Both the position numbers and the translations under genes were made by a program. From assembly GCF_048593235.1 (NCBI RefSeq), contig NC_133619.1, forward strand, positions 83,962,454-84,026,453: 64,000 bases of DNA. The letters run 5' to 3'. Shown here in pieces: positions 13,308 to 26,538 of this stretch. The stretch is from Sminthopsis crassicaudata. Taxonomy: Eukaryota. The notes under the pieces are model-generated. The model made no database searches, was not told the origin of the DNA, and was given only the letters and a program-made list of their open reading frames with translations. The number at the start of each line of letters is the position of its first letter. Within the stretch, counting starts at the first letter, position 1.

Positions 13308-13546
13308 GTTGTTGTTCAATCAAGTCCACTCTTTGTGATCTCTTGTGGGGTTTTCTTGCCAAAGATACTGGAATGACTTATTATTCCCTTTTCTGGCTCA
13401 TTTTACAAATGAGGAAACTGAGGGAAAACTGAGAGTTAAGTAACTTACCCAGAATCACACAACCAATTGTTGGAAACTGCATTGGAACTTAGTTCTTCCT
13501 TACTCCACACCTGGTGTTCTAATCCATTACATCACCCAGCTGCCCA
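13308..13546 (-). mobile_element. Mar1-like SINE, antisense
   Basis: GTTGTTGTT tail, TTTTCTTGCCAAAGATACTGG, CATTTTACAAATGAGGAAACTGAG, ending CCCAGCTGCCC. Confidence 0.8.
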
Positions 13547-14539
13547 GTTTTATAGAATATAAACCCTTAATTCAATCAAAGAATCATGGACCCTCTGAGT
13601 GAAAAAGTTCTTTTCCAGTTTCTATCCAGCTAGGACTCCCCTCCATGAAAATTTTGGCAACTAGTCCATCAAGCATTTACTTGGAATGCTTCCAGTAATA
13701 AGGAGACCACTTCTCTAGCTACTTTCCCAACTCTTTTTACTTTTATCATGTTGGCAGAAGCTTACTCCCCTGAAAATCTACCCTATCCATGGACTTCCCC
13801 TTCCTCTGATTGGCTGGTTCCTCTTAGAACCTATACTTTTAAGGGAAAATATCCAGACCATACATGATTCTATTCCTTTCCAGGCTGCACAGCTGACTCA
13901 TTTCCACAAGATTTTGTCTATCATGCTCCTATACTAAATATCTCCATTTTCCCCTTCCTCCCCACTTTTTTACCTCCTCCCCTATCCCCATTTTTAAGCT
14001 TTCTTTCATGAATTATCTATCTTACCCCATTAAGTTGTAAGCCTCTTGAGGACAGTGATTATCTTTCTGCTATATTTGTATTCCAAGCACTTCTCATAGT
14101 GCCTAATGCATAGTAAATTCTTAAAAATGTTTGCTGACCTGATCTGACTCCTCCCAAATCAGGAGACTTGGGGAGCCTTTCTTTTCAAAATTATTAGTAT
14201 ATATTTATCTGTTTACCTGTAAATTCTTTCCAGTAGAATTTAAATGGTTTGTATCTCCAGTGACAGCTCGAGGACATAGTAGACACTTAAAAATGTTTAT
14301 TGGATCAGAATTTTGGATCCTGATCCTTTTCCAACGTGTTAATTATCTCTTTCAGTTATAGATGACCTGCAAATTTGTTAAGTATTCCAAGTATTTCTTC
14401 ATTCAAGTCAGTAATAAGAGAGTTCAATACCAGAAGACCCAAAAGATATTCTTTGGGCACTCTACTCTCAACCAATCAACAAGCATTTATTAAGTAATTG
14501 TTATGTGTTAAGAATGGTGTAAAATAGAGATTTCTTATA

Positions 14540-14723
14540 ACTAGCAAGATGTAATTAGCCAGCAAAACTCCTGAGTCTGCTGAATTAGATTAAAATGTAA
14601 TTGGGAAATATTTAACAAAAAAAAAAATAAAATACAACATAGATAATGTTGATTTGTAGTTTTCTAAATAAAGATATTATATAGAGAGAAAGGATTCCTT
14701 TCTATTTGACTTTGACACATCTG
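14540..14723 (-). mobile_element. hAT-like MITE; related copy in opposite orientation at 36909-37111
   Basis: TTAAAATGTAATTGGGAAATATTTAAC..AAAATACAACATAGATAATGTT..TAGTTTTCTAA matches the reverse complement of TTAGAAAACTACATATTAACATT..AATATTTCCCAATGACATTTTA at ~36980-37050. Confidence 0.6.
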
Positions 14724-15427
14724 TGTAAAGCACTAACAAAAAAAAAAAAAGTTGCTGTCAAGTGGAAGAGACAATATGTAAATAACTTAGTACTTCTAAG
14801 ACAAGTAAGGAATGGAGATGGAAAGTAAACTTGGCAAAGAATTCCTAAGAGTATTCTGGGAAATGTTTAACAACAGGAGAGAAATGCATAGGGGGAGAAC
14901 ATTTTAAAGTTGCATCTGAATTACTCACATTTTCCTATTATTTTCTTAAGTCTAGACGATAAATCAAAATGATTTGTATCATTTGTCAATTTCTGAAGTG
15001 TAAATGCTCACACTGAAAATTTAATAATCAATTCTCACAAGCCTGTTCAAGCTGGCTCCACACCATTCCTTGGAAGACTCTAAGGCATTTTTGTCTTACA
15101 CACCTTCTTCAAAATTAACATGACCAAATTATTAAATTTATTTTATTATCACAAATTAATAATGATGATGCTGATGATAAAAGCCAGCATTTACATAGTG
15201 CTTTCAATTTTGCGAACACTTTACAAATATTGTCTCAAAATAGTGTCCAAAAAACCCCAAAAGCCAAACCCTGGGAGGCCCATTTTATAGGCTTAATAAA
15301 AAAATTAATAGACTTACCCAGCTTCTAAGGGTCTGAGGCAGGATTTGTTTCAAATCCACCAAATGATTTTGACTGAAAAGGAAAGAAAGCTATAAGATGA
15401 TAATGAGAGGCGATAGCAAAACCAATG

Positions 15428-15568
15428 TTTTTTTTTTTTTTTTTTTTTTGAGGCTGGGGTTAAGTGACTTGCCCAGGGTCACACAGCTAAGAAGTGTTAC
15501 GTGTCTGAGACCAGATTTGAACTCGGGTCCTCCTGAATTCAAGGCTGGTGCTCTAGCCACTGTGCCAC
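15428..15568 (-). mobile_element. Young WSINE1-like SINE, antisense
   Basis: Poly-T, then GAGGCTGGGGTTAAGTGACTTGCCCAGGGTCACACAGCTA...GCCACCTAGCTTCCCC. Imperfect TSD AACCAAT(G/C)TT. Confidence 0.9.
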
Positions 15569-15665
15569 CTAGCTTCCCCCAGAACCAATCTTAAGATCTT
15601 TTTTTAAATCCCAGTTTAGCATTTAGTAAGCACCTACTATGTGTAAGAAGCATAATGCTAGAGAT

Positions 15666-16390
15666 ATTGTTTATCCTTTGCTCTTGAAGAGACCTATGAC
15701 TTCAGGGAAGTGATACCATGACATAAAAATGAATTGGATTTAAAAAGGCAGAGCTGTGCAAAGTCATCAGTCTCACTTTCTCTTTCAGAACCATCTGGAT
15801 CCAATAGCAAGAGAAAAATCAGGACTGGATACATTGGGAGACCTTAGCCTTTTTAAACCAAGATCTTTACCATGTCTCAGTTTGACTGAAGGACCATCCA
15901 ATCAGTGATTAAGTTTAAATAAGAATGAGGCAAAGAATGGCTCCTTTATCTAAAAAAAAAATCAACATGGGAGGGGAAAATTTCAGAATTTATGGCTAAG
16001 CAGAAACAAATACTACTTACATTCATTATGAGCCAGTGGTTGTGTCCTTTATTCTTGAAAGGGCCCAAAATAACATCATTATGTTAGAATCAAGTTATCC
16101 TGTATGGAACTACCTGTGGCTGATCAGACCAATGTGAGTTCAGAATTCTGTGCCACAGGTCGGCGACAGCTAGTCTGTCTGAACATCTGGATGGATTATC
16201 TAACTTTTCATATCTCTGGTTTCTTAGCTGCTACAATTCAGTTTTGCTCATAGAGCATCATACCTGTGCCCATACAGTGACCAAGTGAAGCTTGGTCTGG
16301 GATATATTGTTGGCCAATCCGTGAAGGGAGAGTGATTTGGCTTTAAGTCATGGTCTATTAAAAAAAAATCTAGTGGTAAATCTCAAGAAA
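15666..16390 (-). mobile_element. RTE-tailed non-autonomous element (WALLSI/RTESINE-like), apparently interrupted by an RTE LINE 3' end
   Basis: 15666-15830 is homologous to the reverse complement of 61020-61215. Family name is from memory only. Confidence 0.65.
16036..16262 (-). mobile_element. RTE LINE 3' end, antisense
   Basis: GTGGCTGATCAGACCAATGTGAG...CCACAGGTCGG...TTTGCTCATAGAGCA is typical of the marsupial RTE 3' end (from memory of the consensus). Confidence 0.7.
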
Positions 16391-17084
16391 TCTTGGGAGG
16401 TAGAGATACGAAGATTGAGAATGACATACTCCCTAAATTCACTGAATATACAATCTAAAACAGGAAATTAGGAACACTCACAAATGAATATGATGTCAAA
16501 CCAAATGTGTCAGAGACAAAGGAGAATACCAATTAAGGAAAAGAAGAAATTTGATGAGAGATTACTTTCAGCTGAAAAAAAAAAGTTAAAATTTCATTGA
16601 AATAAAAATATAAATTTTCTTTTTCTGTTTCAAATTCGCAGACTCCATGAAATCTTATCTACAAATCTAAGGTTAAGGATTTCTTTGCCTTAAAGGAAGA
16701 GAAGCTTCCACAGGGGTATGAAGAAAGGAGTGTAACTCATCTGTAGAGGATGGCCTGAACAGATGAATAGGTGGTGGGGAGGGAATGGATAGATGAGTTC
16801 AAGGAATAATCTGACAGGATCATAAAATACATAAAAGGGAGTAGGGCAAAGGAAGGAGGGGCTGCATATTTTAAAACAGAGGGGAAGGAGTCAATAGAGT
16901 GTAGATGCTAAGGAGAGAAGTACTACTTAACATTCCACAGAAACAAAAATCACAAGTCTCTCTTGCTTGAGGCTGAGACAATGCTGAGACTGTTAAACCT
17001 TATAGTAAACAGCCCACATCTGGGGACCCTTGAGAATGGAATATGGGAAGGATCTCTAATTGGCCAAATCTACCAGAATCTCCC

Positions 17085-17285
17085 CAGAGCAGTTCTTAAG
17101 TTTAACCATGGATTCATTTAGCAGTCTGGTGAAGTCTATGGATCCCTTCTCAGAATAATATTTTTATTCCACTCCTAATTGAAAGAAATGTTCTATTCTG
17201 TTAAAGGTTAGTGAAAATAAAATGTATTTTTTCCTTCTCTATATCACAGGCTCCCTGAAACCTGCCTTCAGATTAAGAATCCCTG
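17085..17285 (-). mobile_element. hAT-Charlie-like MITE
   Basis: Terminal inverted repeats GAGCAGTTCTTAA / TTAAGAATCCCTG. Homologous to 12515-12745. Confidence 0.6.
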
Positions 17286-20200
17286 CCTAATATGACTTTA
17301 CTTAATTCAGGATCCAGAAATCCCTCAGATTTTGATTGTCCTCTTCCAGATTTGGTTTGCAGATCTAGGAAAAAATTTCCCAGAAGATAGTATCAGGGAT
17401 ATCAAACACTCTTCTGTATGAAAAAGTCAAATATGGTACCAGAATAACCCCTCCCAAAAAAGACACCTGGGAGAAAATAATTAACAGGATAGTGACAAGA
17501 GCAGAGATCATATGTCCAGTCTAAAACTCTCAAGAGGCTTCCTAGGGGGACAGATATGTGTAAATGATGAGACAATCCTCTATTCCATTTCTGAGTGACA
17601 AGGAGAAAATTGAGGGTTTCAGTTATTAGGGACAGCCTAATAGTGATTTATGTGATCCTGTATATTTTAATCTAACCAAAATTAAAAATCATCAAATTAG
17701 CTAACTGTATAATCCCTTAAATTAATTGCCCATTAGTTACTTCTTAATGATAATGGAACGCTTACCAAATAACATGTGATCTCTGGATAGTACCAAATGA
17801 ATTCATTAAATTATTTTTTGAAAAAGCAACAAGAATCCCATTTGCTCAAATTTAATCATTGGCTTATAAAGGAGGCCCTTGCTCAGATAAATGGTGCAAA
17901 GCAGGGGCTGCCATCAACCCACTGAAGGACATCTTTTAAGGTTTAAATAAAGGGGAAAATATCTCACCTCCACACCTGTGTACCACTGGAGGCTCAAAGA
18001 AAGGGGGAAAATAACAATGAACAGGAATAACAAAGGAAGAAAGGCGAAAAAATAGGAACCTAATCTTTGAGTGACCAATTCTTTATGTTGCTGAACTGCA
18101 GTTAGAGAAACACATGATATATACCAGAGAAATGTTAGTATTTTTATAATATCTCAAGGAATAAGAAAACCTGGAGCTCATCAAAAATTATAGCAGGTAG
18201 GAATGAGCATTTTCCTGCAAGTTTTACCCTCTCTATGGATCAAATTAAAAAGTGAGGTTATTTTAAAATGTGACAATTAGAATGTCTTTTCCTCAATAAA
18301 AGCTTCCCTTAAATTCCCCCATTTGAACAGTATATTTTCCAAGTAGAATATAAACTCCTTCAGGACAGGGATTCATTTTTTCTTTCCCAAGGCCAAGCAC
18401 AGTGCCTGGAAAATAGGCACTTAAGAAATTACTAAAAAAATTAGTACAATGGCACTTTTTAATTGAATCGAATTAAATCTCCCTCATTCATAATGATCTC
18501 TCCTTTGGTCACTGAATCTCAGAGTATTTTGTTTGTACTCTTAAGGAAATTGCCAGATAATCATTCAACTGGCATTTATTAAGTACTTAATTCAGTGCTA
18601 AGCACCAAACTTCCCTTTCTTATGAAAGGGAAAGAAAAGTATCTGACTTTAGGGAGCAATGGGAAGACAACATGTAAATAACTAGACACAGAGAAGATAT
18701 TAAATTTCTTTGGGGCAAGAGCTCTGACTTGTTTATCTTTGAAATCTCCATAGCTTCTAACCAGACCTGGTAGACCTGGTAGAGCATTCAAGAAATATAG
18801 TTTAAAGAATGAATGAGCCCAAAGACATAGGCAATTGAAGTAGAGATCCTATAATATTCCTTTAGCATCCTAGCCAATATGGTTTTTTAAAAAATAAATA
18901 AACATGTGAATTTTTGCTCTGCCTCTTATTGCCTGTGGGAACTAGGGCAAGTTACTTTCCAGTATCATAAAATTTGAACTGGAAGAGAAATTATGAAAAC
19001 TAGCAACCTCATTTTGCAGAGGAAGAAACTCAGTCCCAGAAAAGTCAAAATTATAGGGCTGAACTGGATGACTCCAAAGGTCTGTTTCACCTCTAATTCT
19101 ATGGGCCTAGTATAGGATATTTTAGTACATACCAATTTAGTTTATGCTTGTCAGTGAAGAAATAATTTTATTAGAAACAATGGATAGGTTTGTTCCACTC
19201 TAAGAAAACTCAATACATTAAATAAAAATCAGAAGTAGTAGTTAAATTAGGTATTAATTCTATTGCAAAATGATGCTTCACTTTTCAAAATAATTTTCCA
19301 TGGTAACTCCAAATAATGAACTATATTCATACATTTTAAAGATTATTTGATTTTCCAAAATTCATTTTTATACACAACTCCTCATGAATCTGTCTACTGT
19401 ATAGTAGAAACATGAACATATCTGCAATATTGGACAACTGGGTTGTCTTGTCACTGATACATAGTGGCTGCATAAGCTGAGGAAAGTCACTGGATTCATG
19501 TGTTCCCTCAGACAACTCTTAAAGCTACAAGAGCAGAAAAGTTGTCAATCTGATTTGGCAGAGGAAATGTACAAGCTACAAGTTCATCAATATTGTTGAA
19601 TACACAGACAATGCTGATGATGCAGACAATGATGTCCACCACCATCACCCCCCCAAAAAAATCCCCACAGTTGTGTATAATTTGAAATATCTGTTGGTTT
19701 CAAAATTCATGTGTTTTGAGAGTTTGGTGTAAGTGGTGTTTTTTTTTTTAAATCTGAGACAATATTCACTGGGGGGATTACTCAGGGTAAATATGAAAAG
19801 CAAAGAAGGAAACCAGAGAAAGGCAAAGGCAGAGAAAACAATCAGAGAAACCATGAGTCCTAGATTTGTTCCAATCCATATAATGCTAAAATTTCATTCT
19901 GTGGTGGAACATTCTGATTCAGGGACAAAAAGGAAAAGCTCTTTTCTGTCAGAGAGGGAATCTGTTTCAATAAAAACAATCCTAGGTAGAATCAAAATAG
20001 GTGAGCTTAGGTTTCAGCTCTTCCATTTGCTAGCTTTGTGACACTGGGTGAATCACAGAAATGTTCTGAACCTTTGTTTTCCTCATCAGTAAAAATAAAA
20101 ATAAAAATATCAATGTTATCTACTTCACAGGAATAATGTGAGAATAAGACAGTGTGGATGTTTGCTCCTTAGTAATTTTCTTTAGCTTTTCCTGAAAAAA

Positions 20201-20319
20201 ATTACTGTTTAAGGGGGAAGAAGAAAAAGAGGAAGAGGAGGAAGAAGAAAAAAAGTTTTCCTAAAAGTGTTCTTTGCCAATTTTCCTCATCTAACCCATC
20301 TAACCCATCTAACCATTCC

Positions 20320-21810
20320 TCCTTTCTCCTTTGCTGCATCTTCATCCAACTCATTTTCATTAACTGTGGATGTCCCCTAAGGCCCTATTCTCTTCTCCCT
20401 CTGTACCATTCTACTTAATGATCTCATCAGTTTCCATGAATGTGATTATCTTTATGCTGATAATTCTCATATCTACTTATTCATATGTAAACTCTCTCCT
20501 GACTTCCAGTCTCACATCTCCAGCTGCCTATTGGGTCTCATAGAAATATTAAACTCAAATTAAACAAAACTGAATCTATGATTTCCTCCCCAAACCTTCC
20601 TTCTTCCTAACTTCCCAATAACTGCCAATAGTGCTTCCATTCTCCCAGTCACCCAGGTTGATACCACCTAGGTAGGTATCATCTTGACTCCTAACTCCCA
20701 ATCCCCATATCCAAAAAGTTGTCAAGTTACATTGTTTCTACCTTTGTAACACTTCTTCCATATGCCCCCTTCCATCTTCTGGATGGAACTGTTGCCACAG
20801 ATGGTTGTCTTCTCAACCTATCATCCTTCCCTCTAGTCCATCTGCCATTCAGTTGCAAATTTATCTTCCTAAAATGCAAGTATGACTGTCAGAGACACAG
20901 ATAGAGAAATACAGAAGCAGATATAGAGAGGGATAAAGAGGGAGAGAAAGAGAGATGAGGGAGGGAAAGGGAAGGAGAGAGAGAAAAATGAGAGAGAAAA
21001 GAGAAAGAAAAATGAGANNNNNNNNNNNNNNNNNNNNNNNNNNNNNNNNNNNNNNNNNNNNNNNNNNNNNNNNNNNNNNNNNNNNNNNNNNNNNNNNNNN
21101 NNNNNNNNNNNNNNNNNNNNNNNNNNNNNNNNNNNNNNNNNNNNNNNNNNNNNNNNNNNNNNNNNNNNNNNNNNNNNNNNNNNNNNNNNNNNNNNNNNNN
21201 NNNNNNNNNNNNNNNNNNNNNNNNNNNNNNNNNNNNNNNNNNNNNNNNNNNNNNNNNNNNNNNNNNNNNNNNNNNNNNNNNNNNNNNNNNNNNNNNNNNN
21301 NNNNNNNNNNNNNNNNNNNNNNNNNNNNNNNNNNNNNNNNTGGCTACCAGTTATGTTCAGGATCAAATTTTTTAAAATAATCTATTTGATTTTTAAAGCC
21401 CTCCTTAGCCTGTTGCCTTCCTACCTAAATTTTTTCCCCTTACTCTTTAAATACTCTGCAATCCAAAGATACCAGACTCTTTGATTTTCCTCACACATGA
21501 CTCCCAATTCCTAAATGGGCATTTGACATTTCCACTGGTTGTACCCCAAACCTAGAATTGTTTATCTGCCTCCTAGTTTTCCCAATTTCCTTCAGGACCT
21601 ACCTTCTACAAGAAGTCTTTCTTGGTCCTCTTTAATCTTAATGTCTCTCTCTGATAATATCTCCAGTTTATCCTGTATATATCTTATTTGTTCATAATTG
21701 TTTGCATATATCTCCTCCACTAGATTGTAAGTTCCTTGAAAGCAAAGACTATTGGTTTTTTCCCCTTGTTTGCCATTGGCACTTTGACTAATGAATGCTC
21801 AGAAGAAATA
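20320..21810 (+). mobile_element. LINE-2 remnant, interrupted by a purine tract and an assembly gap (21018-21340)
   Basis: L2 RT-region phrases (ATGATCTCATCAGTTTCCATG, CCAGTCTCACATCTCCAGCTGCCTATTGG) and the L2 3' end TAGATTGTAAGTTCCTTGAAAGC. Confidence 0.75.
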
Positions 21811-22114
21811 TCTATTGATTTGACATATCATAAAGTATGTAGTTGTAATCAGCCATAAAGAATGTATACAGGTATAAAGTCATATTATCATTATATTCTC
21901 ATATCCAAATATCTATCTGGATGGTTAATCTAAATTTTAGCAACTATAGATCTCTTCCAGAAGCCTCTGCAATGGCCTCTCATCCACATTGGAAAAATCA
22001 AATAACTGAAGAAAGTATTATCCAAATTATGACATAGATTATAATCTTTAGAGTTTAACCATCAGTTTATATACACTCCTGTGTGTGTGTGTGTGTGTGT
22101 ATAACATGCATACA

Positions 22115-22370
22115 AAATGGCTTTCTTTGCTGTTCAGTTATTTTCATTTGTCTGATTCTTCATGACCTCATTTAGTGTTTTCTTAGTAAAGATAATGGAG
22201 TGTTTATCATTTCCTTCTTCAGCTCATATTATGGATGAGGAAGCTAAAGGAAACAGGGTTAATTGACTTGCCCAAGATCACACAGCTAGGAAGTATCTGA
22301 GGCTGGATTTAAATTCAGATCTTCCTGACTCCAGTCCCAGCACTCTAGTCATGGTATCACCTAGCTGTCC
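22115..22370 (-). mobile_element. Mar1-like SINE, antisense
   Basis: CATTTCCTTCTTCAGCTCAT...GACTTGCCCAAGATCACACAGCTAG...CACCTAGCTGTCC. Confidence 0.8.
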
Positions 22371-23555
22371 TAAAAATTGGGTACAAAGGGTAAAAATGAA
22401 CAATGAATTAGGCCTAGAATTAAATGGGAGGTGATATACCTAGGTGGTATCAACCTGAAGGCAATCTTCAGAAAATTGCAGAGCTCTTTAGTTAGGAGTT
22501 CAAACTCAAGTTCTGCCATTTCTGCTTCCTTGAACTTAGGTTCATTATTTAAAAGCTCTGTCTCATCTTGGATGGTATGAACTGAATAATTTTTATGAGT
22601 ACATCAACATTATAAAGATAGATATAAGCTCCAAATGATATCTGTAGTAAAACTTTGAGAAAAGTATAAACTATCTCTTGACAAAAAAAACCAACAAAAA
22701 CAAAAGCCCCTATTTTTAAAATTCCCAAATTCTCCATAGAGTTCTGAAGAATAATAGAATCCTAAATTTTTTAGGGATTTGAAAATGAGTATCACCTAAA
22801 AGAAACAAAATTCAGTAGATGAAAATTTACATTTGGAGCCCTGTAGAAGAAAGGATGAGCTATGGGCCAGTGTCCACTGACACATGCGTTAAAATTTCCT
22901 ATATTGTCTTTCTGATTTGTACCTTCAAGCATCAATTACTCTTAGGATGAATGATACATGGGATGACTATACACATAGTGAAGTGAACAATTACTCTGTT
23001 ATACAGGTAGATTGATATGAGACAAAGAAAGGTCTAATCTGGTTCACATATTATACAAAGCAAATGATAATAAGCCTAATTAATTTGTGTTGTCATGTTA
23101 CATTAATATTGATTAACATTCAATAAATTAGGATTATGAAAAATTTTATCCCAACAACGAATGGTAGAATAAGAACTACAAAATCATTTGATAAGATTAT
23201 TGAAGCTCATCTGAAATTAATTTGATTAATTTTTAAAGATATGATCATTGGGCTCTACAATCCTGTTTTAGTTTTTGTTAAAACTTGAAGTTTCACTGGT
23301 ATAGGGAAACTCTACTATAGATTCAGTGGCAATTATACTGCAATTAGTGAGCATAGTGGATAGCAAGCTAGGTTTGGAATCAGGAAGACATGAGTTCAAA
23401 TGCTACCTTAGATATTTTCTAGTTATGTAACTGGGTAAGTCACTCTTTCTGCCTGAGTTTCTTTAACTATAAAATAGGGTATTATTTTTTATAGAATGTA
23501 TTATAGCATATGCCTCTTAAGAGTCCTTATGAGGATATAATAAAGTGATATTTAT

Positions 23556-23995
23556 TTTTTTTAAATAATAATAGCTTTTTATTTTTCAAAATACATGCAA
23601 AGATAGTTTTCAACAGTCCCCTTGCAAAATCTTGTATTCCAAATTTTTCTCTTTCCCTCTCCCTCTCCCCTGGACATCAAGTAATTCAATAAAGAGTAAA
23701 TATGTGCAATTCTTTGTAAATATTTCCACATTTATCATGTTGCACAAGAGAAATAAGATTAAAAATGGGGAAATAAAAAAGAAAAAGAAAAGCAAACAAA
23801 CAAGAAAAAGGTGAAAATACCATGTTGTGATCCACATTCAGTCCCCATAGTCCTCTTTCTGGATGCAGATGGCTCTCTACATCACAAGTCTGTTGGAACT
23901 GATCTGATTCACCTCATTGTTAAAAAGAATCAAGTCCATCACATTTGATCATCATATGTTGTTGCTGTGTACAATGTTCTCTTTTTAATCCTCTG
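23556..23995 (-). mobile_element. 5'-truncated L1 3' end inserted into a MIR-type SINE
   Basis: 13-bp TSD AAGTGATATTTAT at 23543-23555 and 23996-24008. The MIR (from ~23350) resumes after the insert (CAGTGCCTGACACATAGTAAG). Confidence 0.9.
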
Positions 23996-24871
23996 AAGTG
24001 ATATTTATAAGAACCCTTATTACAGTGCCTGACACATAGTAAGGACTTTTTTTAAAAAAATGCTTGTTTCCTTCCTTAATAATCTTAGAGAGTTGCTTGG
24101 AGACCAAAGAATATAACTGACTTGCACAGAATCACACAGCAAATATATATCAGAGGTCAGTCTTGAACCCAGGTTTTCCCTCCATTTACCATATTCATCA
24201 CACTATCTTTTGTCTCTATAATGTTAGATTTGAATTTGAACTTGAACTCTTCTCTTTGGGAAGCTTCCTATAGGCTTTTCAACATGAAGTAATTGAGCAT
24301 CCCATCATCACAAGTCAAACACTGAATGTCCCAATCAGAATTCATCTGATTTTATTCAACAGCATAGAACTAGAATAACATTATACACAATGCCTCCAAC
24401 TGACATTTTAAAAGAGTAAACATGTATATACATGTGAATAGATGATCAATAGGATCAGAAAGGAATATAGAATGAATAGTTGATAAACTATTGCTATTTG
24501 TATGTTAAAAATTTTTTCTTCAGTGAATGGTTTTGAGTCTATTCAAAAAGATGGATTTTTTTCTCTAGCAACTTAAGTCTGAGAGGAAAAAGCATCTTTA
24601 AAATAAATACATAAACATTTTTATTGAACACCCAAATTGGCAATTTCCCCTCAGGGAGAAGCTAGGGAGTTAGCAAGGAAAGTTGATCTTGTCTACCCTA
24701 CCTAGCAGGTTATATGCTATTGTTTCTAAATGAAGTCTGAGTTTTGAGAAGCTGGCAAGAAAGTGTTTTACCCTCACAATGCATCCCCTTCCAAATTGTT
24801 TGGCAGGGGAGCAATAAAAGCTGTTCTTTAAATGTAGGTTCTATTTCCCAATCATCCTTTTCTCTTCCCAG

Positions 24872-24956
24872 AAATGAAATGCTCATAGAAACCCTAAACT
24901 AAAAACACATTCAATAATCTGCTTGAAATTCTTTTGTGCTGTTTTCAAATGGATCG
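24872..24956 (+). other. Candidate 85-nt non-coding or UTR exon
   Basis: Strong acceptor CATCCTTTTCTCTTCCCAG| and donor TCG|GTAAGT. Stops occur in all three frames. A late ATG would give M-D-R in phase 2. Confidence 0.3.
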
Positions 24957-26167
24957 GTAAGTGCCCAATCGTTTGCAATTCATTATGCAGTGCTCGTGCT
25001 GAATTAATTTGACATCCAAGTGAGTCACACATCTGTCCAAGTTTTCTCTTTGCAGTGGAATTAGTTGATTGGACACATAGGGATAAAGTTGTAATGAGTA
25101 GCCCGAGGCTTAGACCACCTAATGTAGGGCACACGAAAAACTTGTATTAGTGAAAGCCCCGATGGACCAATGGGAAATAGCTGAAAATATAATGATTTAC
25201 AGGTAGTACACATCCCACTACCTTCTGTCAACAACAATGATTCTCAATGGGGAGTTTTTAGAGCTGGAAGGGACATAAAAAGTGATCTAGTCCACTGCAT
25301 CATTTTATAAATGGTGTAACTAAGTTGCAATAACTTATTTAAGATGGCCTAGCTGGTTACTGTGATAGAATTAGAACTCAGATCTTCTACTTTCAGTAAA
25401 GTGATCTTTCCATCAAACTAAATGTCAAGTAGCTCTTACTTCTCAGAGCTACTTCTATACTGATATTTTTCATCAAAGACTCTAAAACATCAAAGACTAA
25501 AATGTTTTAAAATGCCTATATTTACATTCAGAATTAAATTCTTGAGAAGTATATGACATAATGGATAAAGAGGGCTGTCTTTGGAGTCAGGAAAACCTGG
25601 GTCCAAGTTTTTATCTCTGCAGCTTTTTAGGCTATAATTACATAGAAGTTGGCAATCTGTCTCTTTGGGTCAAAATCAGAGGTCTAGATCTCTACCACTC
25701 CCTGCACTCTCATTCTCTTCCCCAATCAAGAAAAATGTTAAGGACAGTGCTTCGAGTGCCTCTGAAGCTGTGGATTGTGAAACAGAGGGAGTTGTAGGGC
25801 AACCTTTACTGACACAGGTGTTGTTTATGGATTGTGAATGAAATAAATTGGAGGCAGAGGGAAGAGGAAAGAGGTAGCAACTGCCTCTCAGTCAGGAGGT
25901 TAGAGAGCAAAAACTGCCTCTCAATCTCCTTGTTAGCCCTCCAGCAGCCACTGGCAGGTGGCTCCCCATATCACAATAGAAAAATGTAATAATTTTGGAA
26001 ATTTCTATATCCTTGAGGGAAAGGAAGAAAGAACACAGGATACAAGTGACCACAGAACTCTCTATACACTTTAAAGTTTGCAAGGACTTGATATAATTTC
26101 ATTTGACTCTTATGGGCCAGAACTCTGAAGTTGAAACAAAGGATGCTTACAAGGTACTAAGTGGAAT

Positions 26168-26538
26168 TGAGAAGATAATGGTTAAATCTAGTTTAGCATT
26201 GATTTAATCCTACCACAAATAATGGTTTCCTAGTGATATGATTGGTGTATACTCAGTGTAGAGCATATAAGCTAGGAGCCTTAGCCAGCATGGAGATTTA
26301 GAGAGAAGGCAAAGTCAGCAGGAGCTCAAGCTCTCAGAATTAAGGAGAGAGATAGGCCTCTAAGAAAGCTAACCTGGCCCCAGGAAAGGAGACAAAACTT
26401 TGAAAGAGACAATAAAGGATTTGGACTTTAACACCTGGCTTAACTTGTGGTGATTACTCTGAACTGAAATGAAGGCTGCCTTCAGAGACCCCAAGAAAAC
26501 CTCAACAGAGAACATTACATTTTATAGAGAACATTACA
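26168..26538 (+). mobile_element. Probable solo LTR (~370 bp)
   Basis: TG...CA ends, ATTGG at 26241, TATAA at 26266, AATAAA at 26411, and a duplicated AGAGAACATTACATTT at the 3' end. No TSD found. Confidence 0.6.

Noticed and set aside
20288-20314. (CATCTAACC)3, telomere-variant-like
   Set aside because: Three units only, with no canonical TTAGGG array nearby.
24883-25134. 83-aa minus ORF with a signal-peptide-like 'MCPTLGGLSLGLLITTLSL' start, reminiscent of IL-12 p35
   Set aside because: Starts at GTG with an in-frame stop five codons upstream and no ATG. No further cytokine similarity.
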